Shown: piece after piece, positions 48,188-57,617 of the stretch
Position numbering within the stretch: position 1 is the first letter of the stretch
Layout: each line of letters begins with the position of its first letter
Origin: a virus
Length of the DNA: 64,000 bases
IMG/VR virus record: IMGVR_UViG_3300027734_000039
Reading direction: 5' to 3' (one strand)
The notes under the pieces: generated by a model
Databases searched by the model: none
Told to the model about the DNA's origin: nothing
Seen by the model: the letters and a program-made list of their open reading frames with translations, nothing else
Made by a program: the position numbers and the translations under genes

Positions 48188-50473
48188 ATGTCACAAATTC
48201 AAGTAACGAAGCGTAACGGTAGTAGAGAAAACATAGATCTTAATAAATTTCATAAAGTTGTCGCTTGGGCTTGTGAGGGAATTAACAACGTATCAGAATC
48301 TGAGATAGAAATTAAGTCTCGCATTCAGTTTTATGATGGAATCAAAACAACTGATATCCAAGAAACTCTAATCAAAGCTTCGGCTGATTTGATTTCAGAG
48401 GATAATCCTGGTTATCAATATGTTGCTGGTCGTTTGATTAATTATCATCTAAGGAAAGAAGTTTATGGCGCTTTCGATACTCCTGATCTTCTCACTCATA
48501 TTCGTAACGTTGTGGATGCTGGGTACTATGATAAGAGTATTCTTGATTGGTATTCTGGAGCTGACATTAATGCTCTTAATCGCTATATTGATCACTCACG
48601 CGATTTTAACATTGCCTATGTAGGCATGGAGCAATTCCGCGGAAAATATTTAATTAAGAATAGATCAAATGGCAAGATCTTTGAGACGCCTCAGATGGCG
48701 TACATGCTTATCGCTATGGTGTTGTTCAGAAACTATGGCGCCGATCGCACTAAGTGGGTAAAGGAACTCTACGATGCAACAAGTAATTTTGAAATTTCGC
48801 TACCTACTCCTATCATGGCAGGTTTACGCTCTCCTCAAAAGCAGTTCAGCTCGTGTGTTCTTATCGAAACAGACGACAGCCTTGACTCAATCAATTCGAC
48901 AGCTTCTGCGATTGTTAAGTACGTTAGTCAAAAGGCTGGTATTGGCATTGGTGCTGGTAGTATTCGTGCTCTCGGCTCTCCTATTCGCGCTGGCGATACT
49001 ACACATACTGGCGTTATTCCCTTTTGGAAACACTTCCAAAGTGCGGTTAAATCTTGCTCACAGGGAGGTGTCCGTGGCGGTGCAGCAACTTTATATTACC
49101 CTATCTGGCACTTGGAAGTCGAGGACTTACTAGTTCTAAAAAATAATAAAGGTACAGAAGATAACCGTATTAGAGGGTTGGACTATGGGGTTCAGTTTAA
49201 CAAAGTTATGTACGAAAGACTTTTGTCTGGCGGTAATATCACTCTTTTTAGCCCTCGTGATGTTCCTGATCTTTATAACAGTTTTTATATTGATACCGAT
49301 CGCTTTAGAAAGATCTATGAACAAGCAGAACGAAACAACAAAATTCGAAAAAAATCTATTCCAGCGATAGAACTATTCTCTGCTTTTATGCAAGAGCGTA
49401 AAGATACTGGTCGTATCTATCTTATGAATGTTGATCATGCTAACGATCATGGTTCGTTTGTTAAGGAACTTGCGCCTATCCGTCAGTCAAATCTTTGCTG
49501 TGAAATTAACTTACCTACAAAGCCACTTAATGATATTAATGATCCAAATGGAGAAATCTCACTATGCACATTAGCAGCTATCAACTGGGGGAAGATTCGT
49601 GATCCTGCTGACTTTGAACGTCCTTGCACTCTTGCTGTTCGCGCTCTCGATGAGTTACTCGACTATCAAGATTATCCAGTCTTGGCAGCAAGGAACTCTA
49701 CAATGGCTAGACGACCCCTTGGTGTCGGCATTATTAATCTCGCTTATTGGCTTGCCCGTAACGATTTATCTTATCAGCATATCGATGCAGATGGATTAAA
49801 TAAACTACATTCTTTTACAGAAGCATGGTCTTATTATTTGATTAAGGCATCCATTGATCTCGCTAAAGAGAAGGGTGCATGCCCTAAGAGTGGAGAAACA
49901 AAATATGGTCAAGGTATCTTCCCTATTGATACGTATAAAAGAGATGTTGACGAATTAGCCACGCCTCAGTACCGTTTTCCGTGGGGAGAACTGTCTTCCG
50001 CAGCGAGAGAGTTCGGAATTAGAAACTCAACGCTCATGGCGCTTATGCCATCTGAAACGTCAGCACAAATTAGCAACGCTACAAATGGAATCGAACCGCC
50101 ACGCTCACTTGTTTCAGTAAAACAGTCAAAGGACGGTGTGCTTAAACAAGTTGTACCTGAAGTACGCAAGCTCAAGAAAAAGTATGACTTACTTTGGGAT
50201 CAAAAGTCGCCAGAGGGGTATCTTAAGATCGTAGCTGTTTTACAAAAGTTTATCGACCAAGGGATATCGGTCAACACATCATATAACCCGAAGTTCTATG
50301 AAGACGAAAAGATCCCGATGTCGGAAATGATTGGTCACCTCCTCATGTTTTATAAATACGGCGGCAAACAACTCTATTACTTCAACACCAATGATGGCGC
50401 TGGCGAGTATGAAATGCCTGTTCTCCCTGCTGGTGAAGTTAACGACGAGGATTGTGAATCGTGCAAAATCTAA
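48188..50473 (+). CDS. nrdA: Ribonucleotide reductase class Ia alpha subunit
   Basis: ATP cone VTKRNG; FSSC; SNLCCEI; MPSETSAQ; C-terminal CESCKI. Confidence 0.98.
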   Translation: MSQIQVTKRNGSRENIDLNKFHKVVAWACEGINNVSESEIEIKSRIQFYDGIKTTDIQETLIKASADLISEDNPGYQYVAGRLINYHLRKEVYGAFDTPDLLTHIRNVVDAGYYDKSILDWYSGADINALNRYIDHSRDFNIAYVGMEQFRGKYLIKNRSNGKIFETPQMAYMLIAMVLFRNYGADRTKWVKELYDATSNFEISLPTPIMAGLRSPQKQFSSCVLIETDDSLDSINSTASAIVKYVSQKAGIGIGAGSIRALGSPIRAGDTTHTGVIPFWKHFQSAVKSCSQGGVRGGAATLYYPIWHLEVEDLLVLKNNKGTEDNRIRGLDYGVQFNKVMYERLLSGGNITLFSPRDVPDLYNSFYIDTDRFRKIYEQAERNNKIRKKSIPAIELFSAFMQERKDTGRIYLMNVDHANDHGSFVKELAPIRQSNLCCEINLPTKPLNDINDPNGEISLCTLAAINWGKIRDPADFERPCTLAVRALDELLDYQDYPVLAARNSTMARRPLGVGIINLAYWLARNDLSYQHIDADGLNKLHSFTEAWSYYLIKASIDLAKEKGACPKSGETKYGQGIFPIDTYKRDVDELATPQYRFPWGELSSAAREFGIRNSTLMALMPSETSAQISNATNGIEPPRSLVSVKQSKDGVLKQVVPEVRKLKKKYDLLWDQKSPEGYLKIVAVLQKFIDQGISVNTSYNPKFYEDEKIPMSEMIGHLLMFYKYGGKQLYYFNTNDGAGEYEMPVLPAGEVNDEDCESCKI

Positions 50474-50642
50474 ATGAAAAAAAGTTTGCAGAAATTTTTA
50501 ATAAAATTTACCTTGGGAACTTGACTATTGTACATATTAAAAGTACAATGGAACCTAAGTTGTATGACAACGATAACAAACTTATTATTGATATTCCAGA
50601 AGGTTATCTTGAATACGATAAAAAGAAATATAGTAGGAACAT

Positions 50643-50870
50643 ATGAGCAATCCAATCACACAACTAAATCCACCTATCCCTTTAATGACTCCTAATGGTA
50701 GAGCTTTAGCGCATTTTCTATTAGACTATGGTCCAGAACATGATCTTATGTGGGTTTGCTTTCAAGACGATACTGGTGAATGTTGGACTTGGGAAAATGC
50801 CTATATACGAGCCCGCATTAACGCTACCATGGGTAGAACAAAAATGAGTAAGATAAAGAAAGTAGAATAA
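50643..50870 (+). CDS. Small conserved hypothetical protein
   Basis: QLNPPIP..TPNG..DYGPEHDLMWVCF..GECWTW. Confidence 0.6.
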   Translation: MSNPITQLNPPIPLMTPNGRALAHFLLDYGPEHDLMWVCFQDDTGECWTWENAYIRARINATMGRTKMSKIKKVE

Positions 50871-51030
50871 TGTTTGAAGTAACAAAAGAAAACTACCATC
50901 AGTATCTAACTTTTCATGGCCATGATCCAGAAGTGGCTGAGTGGGTTATTGAAACCTACGATGCAAACTCGCCACTTATGTCAGTTCGTTTGTGGGTTGA
51001 AGCTTCGAAGTTCGTATTAGGAATAAACAA

Positions 51031-52128
51031 ATGAGTTACTCAGTTTTCGATTCAAATAATAAAAAAGATGCAACTCAGGTTAGAGCGTTTTTTGATGACG
51101 CTCCAACTATTGCACGTTACGACAAGCAAAAGTATCCATGGATTGAAAAGCTCACTGATAAGCAACTTGGTTTCTTTTGGCGTCCAGAAGAAGTTGACAT
51201 CTATAAGGATGCTAAAGACTTTAAGGAACTTACTCCGCATGAGCAACATATTTTTACTTCCAATCTCAAGCGTCAGATTTTACTCGACTCCGTACAGGGA
51301 CGAGCGCCGACAGCGGCATTTGGACCAATATGCTCACTACCAGAACTTGAAACGTGGATCCAAACGTGGACCTTCTCGGAAACAATCCACTCCCGCAGTT
51401 ATACTCACATTATCAGAAATATCTATCCAAATCCATCGAAGGTCTTTGATGAGATAATGGACATTGGCGAAATTGTTGATTGCGCTAAAGATATCAGCAA
51501 GTATTATGACGAACTAATTCAGCTGAACAATATGCGTCAAGAAGGTGCTTTGACTAATCTTGCTTATGAACATAAGAAAGCTCTCTGGCTTGCATTGATG
51601 TCTGTTAATATTCTTGAAGGGGTTAGATTTTATGTATCGTTTGCATGCTCATGGGCTTTCGCTGAAGTCAAAAAGATGGAAGGTAATGCAAAAATTATCA
51701 AGTTCATCGCAAGAGACGAAAACCTGCATCTCGCGGGAACACAGCAGCTACTTAAAGCGCTCGTTAAAGAAGATGAAGACTTCGCGAGGATATCGGAAGA
51801 AACACGACAGGTTTGCATCGATCTGTTCGTTGACGCTGTCAACCAAGAGAAGCGTTGGGCTAATTATCTATTCCGTGACGGGTCGATGGTTGGTCTTAAC
51901 GAGGCGCTCCTGAGCGAATATATAGAGTGGATTGCTAATAAACGTATGACCGCTGTTGGTCTTCCTTCACTATACAAAGGTGGCAGCAATCCGCTTCCTT
52001 GGACACAAAAGTGGATCAGCGGTTCTGAAGTTCAGGTCGCTCCACAGGAAACCGAAATTACAAGTTACATTAATGGTGGTGTGAAAAAAGACGTAACAAC
52101 AGAAACATTTAAAGGATTCAGTCTATGA
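51031..52128 (+). CDS. nrdB: Ribonucleotide reductase class Ia beta subunit
   Basis: FFWRPEE, ETIHSRSY, LEGVRFY, RDENLH and VAPQE motifs. Confidence 0.98.
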   Translation: MSYSVFDSNNKKDATQVRAFFDDAPTIARYDKQKYPWIEKLTDKQLGFFWRPEEVDIYKDAKDFKELTPHEQHIFTSNLKRQILLDSVQGRAPTAAFGPICSLPELETWIQTWTFSETIHSRSYTHIIRNIYPNPSKVFDEIMDIGEIVDCAKDISKYYDELIQLNNMRQEGALTNLAYEHKKALWLALMSVNILEGVRFYVSFACSWAFAEVKKMEGNAKIIKFIARDENLHLAGTQQLLKALVKEDEDFARISEETRQVCIDLFVDAVNQEKRWANYLFRDGSMVGLNEALLSEYIEWIANKRMTAVGLPSLYKGGSNPLPWTQKWISGSEVQVAPQETEITSYINGGVKKDVTTETFKGFSL

Positions 52129-52268
52129 TCACATGTCAAGAATGCGAAGCAGAGTTTGAAATAACTCACGATAATATCAGCGAACCAGAGTTTTGCCCGT
52201 TTTGTGCAGCTAAACTTCGCTACGAAGATAACGAAAATTTAGACGACGATTGGTATCCTGATCCGTAA
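52125..52268 (+). CDS. Small zinc-ribbon protein (47 aa, not in ORF track)
   Basis: MITCQECEAEF..FCPFC..acidic tail. Confidence 0.7.
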   Translation: MITCQECEAEFEITHDNISEPEFCPFCAAKLRYEDNENLDDDWYPDP

Positions 52269-52298
52269 CCATAAATATGGGGGAAAAAGGAGTACCCC

Positions 52299-52697
52299 AT
52301 GTGGTTTTATAATAATGTCGAATTTACTGACATTGGTGAGTATGTAGGATTTGTATATCTAATTACTAACCTCACCAATGATCGGAAATACATTGGCAAG
52401 AAAAATTTTTACTTTAGTAAGACAAGAACTATCAAAGGTAAGCGAAAGCGAACCAAAGTTGAGTCTGATTGGAAAACTTATTACGGCTCTAATAAAGAGC
52501 TTCAAGAAGATGTTGAAGCTTTAGGAGCAAACAATTTTAAGAGAGAAATCTTAAAATTATGTAAGAGTAAAGGTGAGTTTGGTTACTTCGAAGCCAAGTA
52601 TCAATTCGAAAATAATGTCCTAGAAACCGATGAATACTACAATTCATGGATATCTTGTAAAATTCACAAGAAGCACTTGACTTTTATAAAGGTTTAG
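52299..52697 (+). CDS. GIY-YIG endonuclease (endonuclease II/DenA-like position)
   Basis: GFVYLITN..KYIGKK..YYGS..FKREIL..YYN; follows nrdB. Confidence 0.85.
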   Translation: MWFYNNVEFTDIGEYVGFVYLITNLTNDRKYIGKKNFYFSKTRTIKGKRKRTKVESDWKTYYGSNKELQEDVEALGANNFKREILKLCKSKGEFGYFEAKYQFENNVLETDEYYNSWISCKIHKKHLTFIKV

Positions 52698-52713
52698 GGT
52701 ATTATAATAATAT

Positions 52714-52796
52714 GGGCACGTGGAGAAATTGGTAAACTCAGGAGACTTAAAATCTCCCGCTTCGGCTTGTCGGTTCGAGTCCGACCGTGCCCACCA
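52714..52796 (+). tRNA. tRNA-Leu(UAA)
   Basis: GGAGA-CTTAAAA-TCTCC; variable arm; encoded CCA. Confidence 0.95.
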
Positions 52797-52814
52797 ATTT
52801 AACAGGAGTATAGT

Positions 52815-52901
52815 ATGGCACATCCTCATAAGAATCGCCCTCGTAAGGGACGTCGCAAGATTGGTTCGAAGAAGCGCAAGGCTCGTAACAAGCGTAAGTA
52901 A
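52815..52901 (+). CDS. Highly basic 28-aa micropeptide (not in ORF track)
   Basis: AGGAG SD; MAHPHKNRPRKGRRKIGSKKRKARNKRK; TAATAA stop. Confidence 0.65.
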   Translation: MAHPHKNRPRKGRRKIGSKKRKARNKRK

Positions 52902-52908
52902 TAAAATC

Positions 52909-52983
52909 GCGGGTGTGGTATAAGGGTTGTGCCCTAGCCTTCCAAGCTAGTGAAGACCAGTTCGAGTCTGGCCATCCGCTCCA
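52909..52983 (+). tRNA. tRNA-Gly(UCC)
   Basis: CTAGC-CTTCCAA-GCTAG; U discriminator; encoded CCA. Confidence 0.93.
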
Positions 52984-52998
52984 AAATCAAGGTGCATA

Positions 52999-53475
52999 AT
53001 GTCTAGGGAATTTAACATTGAAGAAGTTAGAGAATTTATTCGTAATTCTTCAGGATCGTCCAATATTTACATCGGAGCCGATAGCGAGCGGTATCGTGGT
53101 AGGGATGACCAGTGGTATGCTGACTACACAGTTGCTATCGTTATTCATCTTGATGGCTCACGTGGATGTAAAGTTTTCGGACAAGTAACTTCAGAACGTG
53201 ACTATGACAAACGTCATGATCGTCCTTCATATCGACTGATGAATGAAGTTTACAAAGCATCACAAATGTATATGGATTTGTTCGAAGCTATTGGCGACCG
53301 TCATTGTGAAGTTCACCTAGACATTAATCCAGACGAAATGCATGGTTCGTCTTGCGTAATTCAACAAGCTACTGGTTATATCCGTGGCATGTGTGGTTTT
53401 GCACCAAAGGTAAAGCCACAAGCATTCGCTGCTTCTTATGCAGCAGATCGTTTGAAAGAAATTTTGGCAGATTAA
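52999..53475 (+). CDS. RNase H-like YkuK/DUF458 protein
   Basis: IYIGADS..RLMNEV..EVHLDIN..KPQAFAASYAAD. Confidence 0.85.
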   Translation: MSREFNIEEVREFIRNSSGSSNIYIGADSERYRGRDDQWYADYTVAIVIHLDGSRGCKVFGQVTSERDYDKRHDRPSYRLMNEVYKASQMYMDLFEAIGDRHCEVHLDINPDEMHGSSCVIQQATGYIRGMCGFAPKVKPQAFAASYAADRLKEILAD

Positions 53476-53487
53476 TAGGAGATATAA

Positions 53488-54186
53488 ATGTTTTATACAG
53501 ATACAAATACAGTAACAAGAGAACAGTATGATCTTGGTTTGCGCCAGTTTATGCTTGGTGTCTATAATAACATGACGCTTGCTTTGGCTATTAGTGGTCT
53601 CGTTTCAGTTGGCATTTATATGAGCCCAACACTCATGGCTGCTATTTGGGGAACGCCTCTCAAGTGGGTTGTTATTTTTCTTCCGCTTGCTATGTCTTTC
53701 GGCTTTGCTTTTCTTTTCGAAAAGATGAATGCTCGACAAGCTCAATTGGCATTGTATGTTTTTGCAGCAGCAATGGGTCTTAGTTTGAGTTCTATCTTTG
53801 CTATCTATAAACTCGGTAGCATCGGTCAAGTGTTCTTTATCTCGGCTGCTACATTCGGCGCTGCTTCGCTTTATGGATATACGACAAAAGCAGATCTTAC
53901 TAAACTCGGTTCATTCCTCATTATGGGTGCACTTGGTTTGGTCATCGCTGGTCTTATTAATATTTTCCTTCAGAGCTCGGTATTCGCTTTTGTAATCAGC
54001 TGTATTGCTGTTCTAATCTTCACTGGTTTGACTGCATATGATACTCAGCAATTGAAGTCAATCTATGACTTTACAGTTGAAGAAGAGCAAGAAAAGCTAG
54101 GCATCTATGGCGCACTTCAGCTCTACATGGACTTCATCAATATCTTCGTCAATCTTCTTCAGCTTATCGGCGAAAAGAAAGATTGA
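53488..54186 (+). CDS. Bax inhibitor-1/YccA family membrane protein
   Basis: About 7 TMs; YGYTTKADL, FTGLTAYDTQ and GALQLYMDFINIF motifs. Confidence 0.92.
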   Translation: MFYTDTNTVTREQYDLGLRQFMLGVYNNMTLALAISGLVSVGIYMSPTLMAAIWGTPLKWVVIFLPLAMSFGFAFLFEKMNARQAQLALYVFAAAMGLSLSSIFAIYKLGSIGQVFFISAATFGAASLYGYTTKADLTKLGSFLIMGALGLVIAGLINIFLQSSVFAFVISCIAVLIFTGLTAYDTQQLKSIYDFTVEEEQEKLGIYGALQLYMDFINIFVNLLQLIGEKKD

Positions 54187-54193
54187 GGAGTAA

Positions 54194-54269
54194 GCCCGAG
54201 TAGCTCAATGGTTAGAGCCATTCGCTCATAACGGATTGGTTGCAGGTTCGAGTCCTGCCTCGGGCACCA
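54194..54269 (+). tRNA. tRNA(CAU), probably Ile2 (Met not excluded)
   Basis: CTCATAA loop; AGCTCAATGGTTAGAGCC D-arm resembling alphaproteobacterial Ile2. Confidence 0.85.
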
Positions 54270-54277
54270 CTTTTATC

Positions 54278-54631
54278 ATGAAAAAAACACTCTTAATATT
54301 CCTTCTCCCTGCATTAACGGCGTGTCAATCTACAGCAGATTCGGCAAACCTAAATAACCTTACCACTTCGTCTTGGTATAGTAGTGGTCGTTTGACCGCA
54401 TCAGGTCAGCGTTTCGATCCAAACGGGCATACTGTCGCTCATAGAACCCTCCCGTTTGGAACTAAAATCAAACTGACCAATCCAGATAATGGTAGGTCTA
54501 TAGTTGCTACGGTAAACGACAGGGGACCATTTATACGTGGTGTCGGGTTAGACGTTTCTAGAGGCGTAGCTCAACACCTCAATTTTATTAAAAAAGGCAA
54601 AACCAAACTTAATATAGAGGTGTTGAATTAA
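54278..54631 (+). CDS. rlpA: RlpA-like lytic transglycosylase lipoprotein
   Basis: Lipobox LTAC; SWY..TASGQRF..AHRTLPFGT..VNDRGP..LDVS. Confidence 0.9.
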   Translation: MKKTLLIFLLPALTACQSTADSANLNNLTTSSWYSSGRLTASGQRFDPNGHTVAHRTLPFGTKIKLTNPDNGRSIVATVNDRGPFIRGVGLDVSRGVAQHLNFIKKGKTKLNIEVLN

Positions 54632-54674
54632 ATTATATTACTCTTCGTAGCAAAAAAATAAAAAGGAAAGAGTA

Positions 54675-55280
54675 ATGAAAAAACTTATATTTTTACTAGT
54701 AGCAATGCTAGTTGGTTTTGGTAGTATAACTACTGCCGAAGCTAGACCAAAAGATAAGCAATATCATTATAGTAAAGTGCAAAAAAAGAGTAAACCTGTG
54801 AAAGTTGTCCAAAAACAAAATAACGTTATTAGACAACCAGTATATGATGAAGATACAGTAGCTGGTTATTGGAATGCGGAATATAATAGAAAAAAACCGC
54901 CATTAGAAGGACCAGTTGAAAAGGCAGCGAGAAAGTTCGTGGCTTCTAGCCAGGATTTAACAGAAAAAGCTTCTCGCCATATGGGTGCATCTGCAAACCA
55001 ACTTGGATTACCAAGAAGTTTATGGTGCGCTGATTTTATGAATATGCTCGTCGGAGGTACTGACCGTAGAGCTATTTCTTATGCTAAACGTGGAACTAAA
55101 GCTTATCATGGTTGTGTTAACTGTATTGCAGTCACAACTCGTGAAGGTGGTGCTCACGTAGGTGTAGTATCTGGCTACGACGAAAAAGGCAACCCTATTA
55201 TTGTTTCTGGTAATCATAACAGAAAAGTTGGGGTAGCCACTTATGATAAGCGTAGAGTTATAGCTTATCGTTATATCTAA
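54675..55280 (+). CDS. Secreted CHAP/NlpC-like cysteine hydrolase
   Basis: Signal peptide; WCADF (catalytic Cys), HVG and SGN. Confidence 0.7.
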   Translation: MKKLIFLLVAMLVGFGSITTAEARPKDKQYHYSKVQKKSKPVKVVQKQNNVIRQPVYDEDTVAGYWNAEYNRKKPPLEGPVEKAARKFVASSQDLTEKASRHMGASANQLGLPRSLWCADFMNMLVGGTDRRAISYAKRGTKAYHGCVNCIAVTTREGGAHVGVVSGYDEKGNPIIVSGNHNRKVGVATYDKRRVIAYRYI

Positions 55281-55315
55281 AAAAAAATGGGGAGGATTAA
55301 TTTTCTCCCCATTTA
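55280..55315 (+). terminator. Intrinsic terminator
   Basis: AAATGGGGAG..CTCCCCATTT hairpin. Confidence 0.65.
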
Positions 55316-55484
55316 CCTTGGAGATGAAAATGAATGAAACTATTATCAAAACTTCCGACCTTAATTGGTGTGTAGATATCCTCAAACGTATCGATGAAAT
55401 CCTTAGAAAGCCAAACGTAAGCGAGGCTGATCTTGCGCAGGTTCATTGGTTAGTCAAACAGGGTTTGAAAGTGGAGCGTGAAGA

Positions 55485-56048
55485 ATGAGCGATAAAGAAG
55501 ATAAGATTTCAAATGTTCCGTCTTTGTGCGATCATCACATGATGATGTTTTTCAAAGACTTCGATTCTAGTGCAGCTTCTGATGGTATTGAATTCATCAT
55601 AGCTAGAAATCTTATGAAAAAAGATAAACCTAAAATGATTAAGATGTTGATCAACTCTCCAGGAGGGGAAGTTGCTTCGGCATTTGCTCTTATTGATACT
55701 ATGAAGGGGTCAAGGATTCCTATATATACTTACGGTCTTGGTGAAATCGCTAGCTGTGGTCTTATGACTTTTATTGCTGGTGAAAAAGGACATCGTTACA
55801 TTACTCGTAACACTGCTATCCTTTCACACCAATATAGCTGGGGCTCTTGGGGTAAAGAACACGAACTAATGGCTCGTGTTAAAGAATTTAATAATACACA
55901 AACGAGAATCGTAGAGCATTATAAGAAGTGCACTGGTCTTAATGAAAAAGACATTAAGAAGTATTTGCTTCCACCTGAAGACGTTTGGCTTACTGCCAAG
56001 GAAGCTGTGAAGTATGGTATTGCTGATGAAATCGTTGACTTTTACTAA
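55485..56048 (+). CDS. clpP: ClpP-like protease
   Basis: INSPGG, IASCG (Ser), HQ (His), DVWLTAKEA (Asp) and YGIADEI. Confidence 0.92.
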   Translation: MSDKEDKISNVPSLCDHHMMMFFKDFDSSAASDGIEFIIARNLMKKDKPKMIKMLINSPGGEVASAFALIDTMKGSRIPIYTYGLGEIASCGLMTFIAGEKGHRYITRNTAILSHQYSWGSWGKEHELMARVKEFNNTQTRIVEHYKKCTGLNEKDIKKYLLPPEDVWLTAKEAVKYGIADEIVDFY

Positions 56049-56054
56049 GGTGAA

Positions 56055-56294
56055 GTGATGTTTGAAAAAACTTGGGAATGGCTTGCTACTTTTGTTCTTA
56101 TCGTTGGCGTTTATCTAACTGCTGTTAATAATTACCCGATGAACATTTACTTTAGTTTAGCGGGTAACTTTATGTGGATGTTTCTTGGTATTATGTGGAG
56201 AAAACCTTCTCTCATTACAATTCAATTAGTCGTTACCGTAATTTATTTTTACGGAATTGGCTTGCCTTTTCTCAAAGAATATGGTATACTATAA
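56055..56294 (+). CDS. Small 3-TM membrane protein
   Basis: Hydrophobic; YPMN motif. Confidence 0.55.
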   Translation: MMFEKTWEWLATFVLIVGVYLTAVNNYPMNIYFSLAGNFMWMFLGIMWRKPSLITIQLVVTVIYFYGIGLPFLKEYGIL

Positions 56295-56409
56295 TGGAGT
56301 TAAATATGAAGAGCGATTTAGAACAACTTGTCGAGTATGATATGTATTGCCGTGGTTTCGACGCAAACCTTAAAGAAGATATCGAAGCTTACTGGAGGCT
56401 AGTATTAAA

Positions 56410-56685
56410 ATGAAAGTAACAATTTATAGCAAAGACAGCTGCGTTCATTGTAACAATGCAAAGATGCTTCTCGCATCAAGAAACATTCCTTATCAAGAAT
56501 TGAAATTGAATGAAGACTTTACAAGAGAAAACCTTTTAGAGCTTTTTCCTAATTCCCGTTCCTTTCCAATCATTGTTGTTGATGGTTTTAATATTGGCGG
56601 GTATACTGAATTATCTAAAATGATTCTTGAAGAAACTAGTGACAATAGAAAGCTACTTACTGAAGGAGAGTGGAATGGTCGTTAA
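56410..56685 (+). CDS. Glutaredoxin
   Basis: CVHC, SFP and IGGY motifs. Confidence 0.92.
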   Translation: MKVTIYSKDSCVHCNNAKMLLASRNIPYQELKLNEDFTRENLLELFPNSRSFPIIVVDGFNIGGYTELSKMILEETSDNRKLLTEGEWNGR

Positions 56686-56956
56686 TCGTGATGATATTTT
56701 GAAGGAACTTCGTAAATACGTTATGGAAGTAACCTTCAATAAAGTTGATGGTAATGAGCGTATTATGCGTTGCACTCTTAGAGCAGATTTGCTTCCGCCA
56801 AGCTACAGAGAACAACTCAGCGAGCAGAAGCAGGAAGAAGATTTTCATCAAACTAATCCTGAAGTGATTGCTGCTTGGGATGTTCAAAAGGGTGGCTGGC
56901 GCTCTTTCCGTATTGATTCCGTGACATATGTACAGAGCGTAGACGAGAACTATTGA
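56675..56956 (+). CDS. WYL_2/SH3-like small protein
   Basis: VTFNKVDGNERIMRCTL..WDV..GWRSFR. Confidence 0.8.
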   Translation: MVVNRDDILKELRKYVMEVTFNKVDGNERIMRCTLRADLLPPSYREQLSEQKQEEDFHQTNPEVIAAWDVQKGGWRSFRIDSVTYVQSVDENY

Positions 56957-57237
56957 TGGCTAAATTAGTTATGGTGGAGACGTTGTCTCAGTTTCGTCAT
57001 CGTTATGTAGTCGAAGTTTCTGATGAGGCTTTTAATTTTGAAGCTTCAAATCATGTACTATATAATGATGACGCAAAAGAAATGAGTCAGTATCATCTAG
57101 GTGAAATAGTACTTTCAACTAGAGAAATTACAAAAGAAGAATATATAAAATTATTCAATCAAGATAATGATTATCTTGTTGGGTGGTTAGAAGAATCTAA
57201 ACTTAAAATGATCAACAAAACACAGGAGACTGAATGA
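56953..57237 (+). CDS. Hypothetical protein
   Basis: VETLSQFRHRYVVE..SQYHLGE. Confidence 0.55.
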   Translation: MMAKLVMVETLSQFRHRYVVEVSDEAFNFEASNHVLYNDDAKEMSQYHLGEIVLSTREITKEEYIKLFNQDNDYLVGWLEESKLKMINKTQETE

Positions 57238-57238
57238 C

Positions 57239-57604
57239 ATGGCATATTGGGGTTATCATCTAATTCTTGACTGCGCTGATTGTGATGTAAATGCGATCAA
57301 CGATCATGATACTATCTATAATTTCACAAAGCAGCTCGTCAAGGATATTGACATGGTTGCATACGGCGAGCCACAGATCGTTAGCTTCGGCAGCGGAAAC
57401 AAGGCTGGCTACTCTCTCGTGCAGCTAATTGAAACTTCAAACATCTGTGGCCATTTCGTTCCTGATGACCTTGCTGGTGGAAACGCTGTTTACCTCGACG
57501 TATTCTCTTGTAAGCCATACGATAATCAAATCGTTATTGATCTCGTTGCTAAGTACTTCGGTGCAAAAAGCATCCGTCCTAACTTCCTAACACGTCAGGC
57601 TTGA
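57239..57604 (+). CDS. speD: Pyruvoyl-dependent AdoMet decarboxylase-like proenzyme
   Basis: GYHLILD, LIETSNICGH and YLDVFSCK motifs. Confidence 0.85.
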   Translation: MAYWGYHLILDCADCDVNAINDHDTIYNFTKQLVKDIDMVAYGEPQIVSFGSGNKAGYSLVQLIETSNICGHFVPDDLAGGNAVYLDVFSCKPYDNQIVIDLVAKYFGAKSIRPNFLTRQA

Positions 57605-57617
57605 TTGGAAATTTGTT

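Noticed and set aside
23066-52128. Introns or inteins in gp43, gp41, thyX, nrdA and nrdB
   Set aside because: All are continuous and of normal length, with no splicing motifs seen.
52644-52923. ORFs overlapping tRNA-Leu (also the 54236 start inside the CAU tRNA)
   Set aside because: They are artefacts of tRNA sequence; RlpA starts at 54278.
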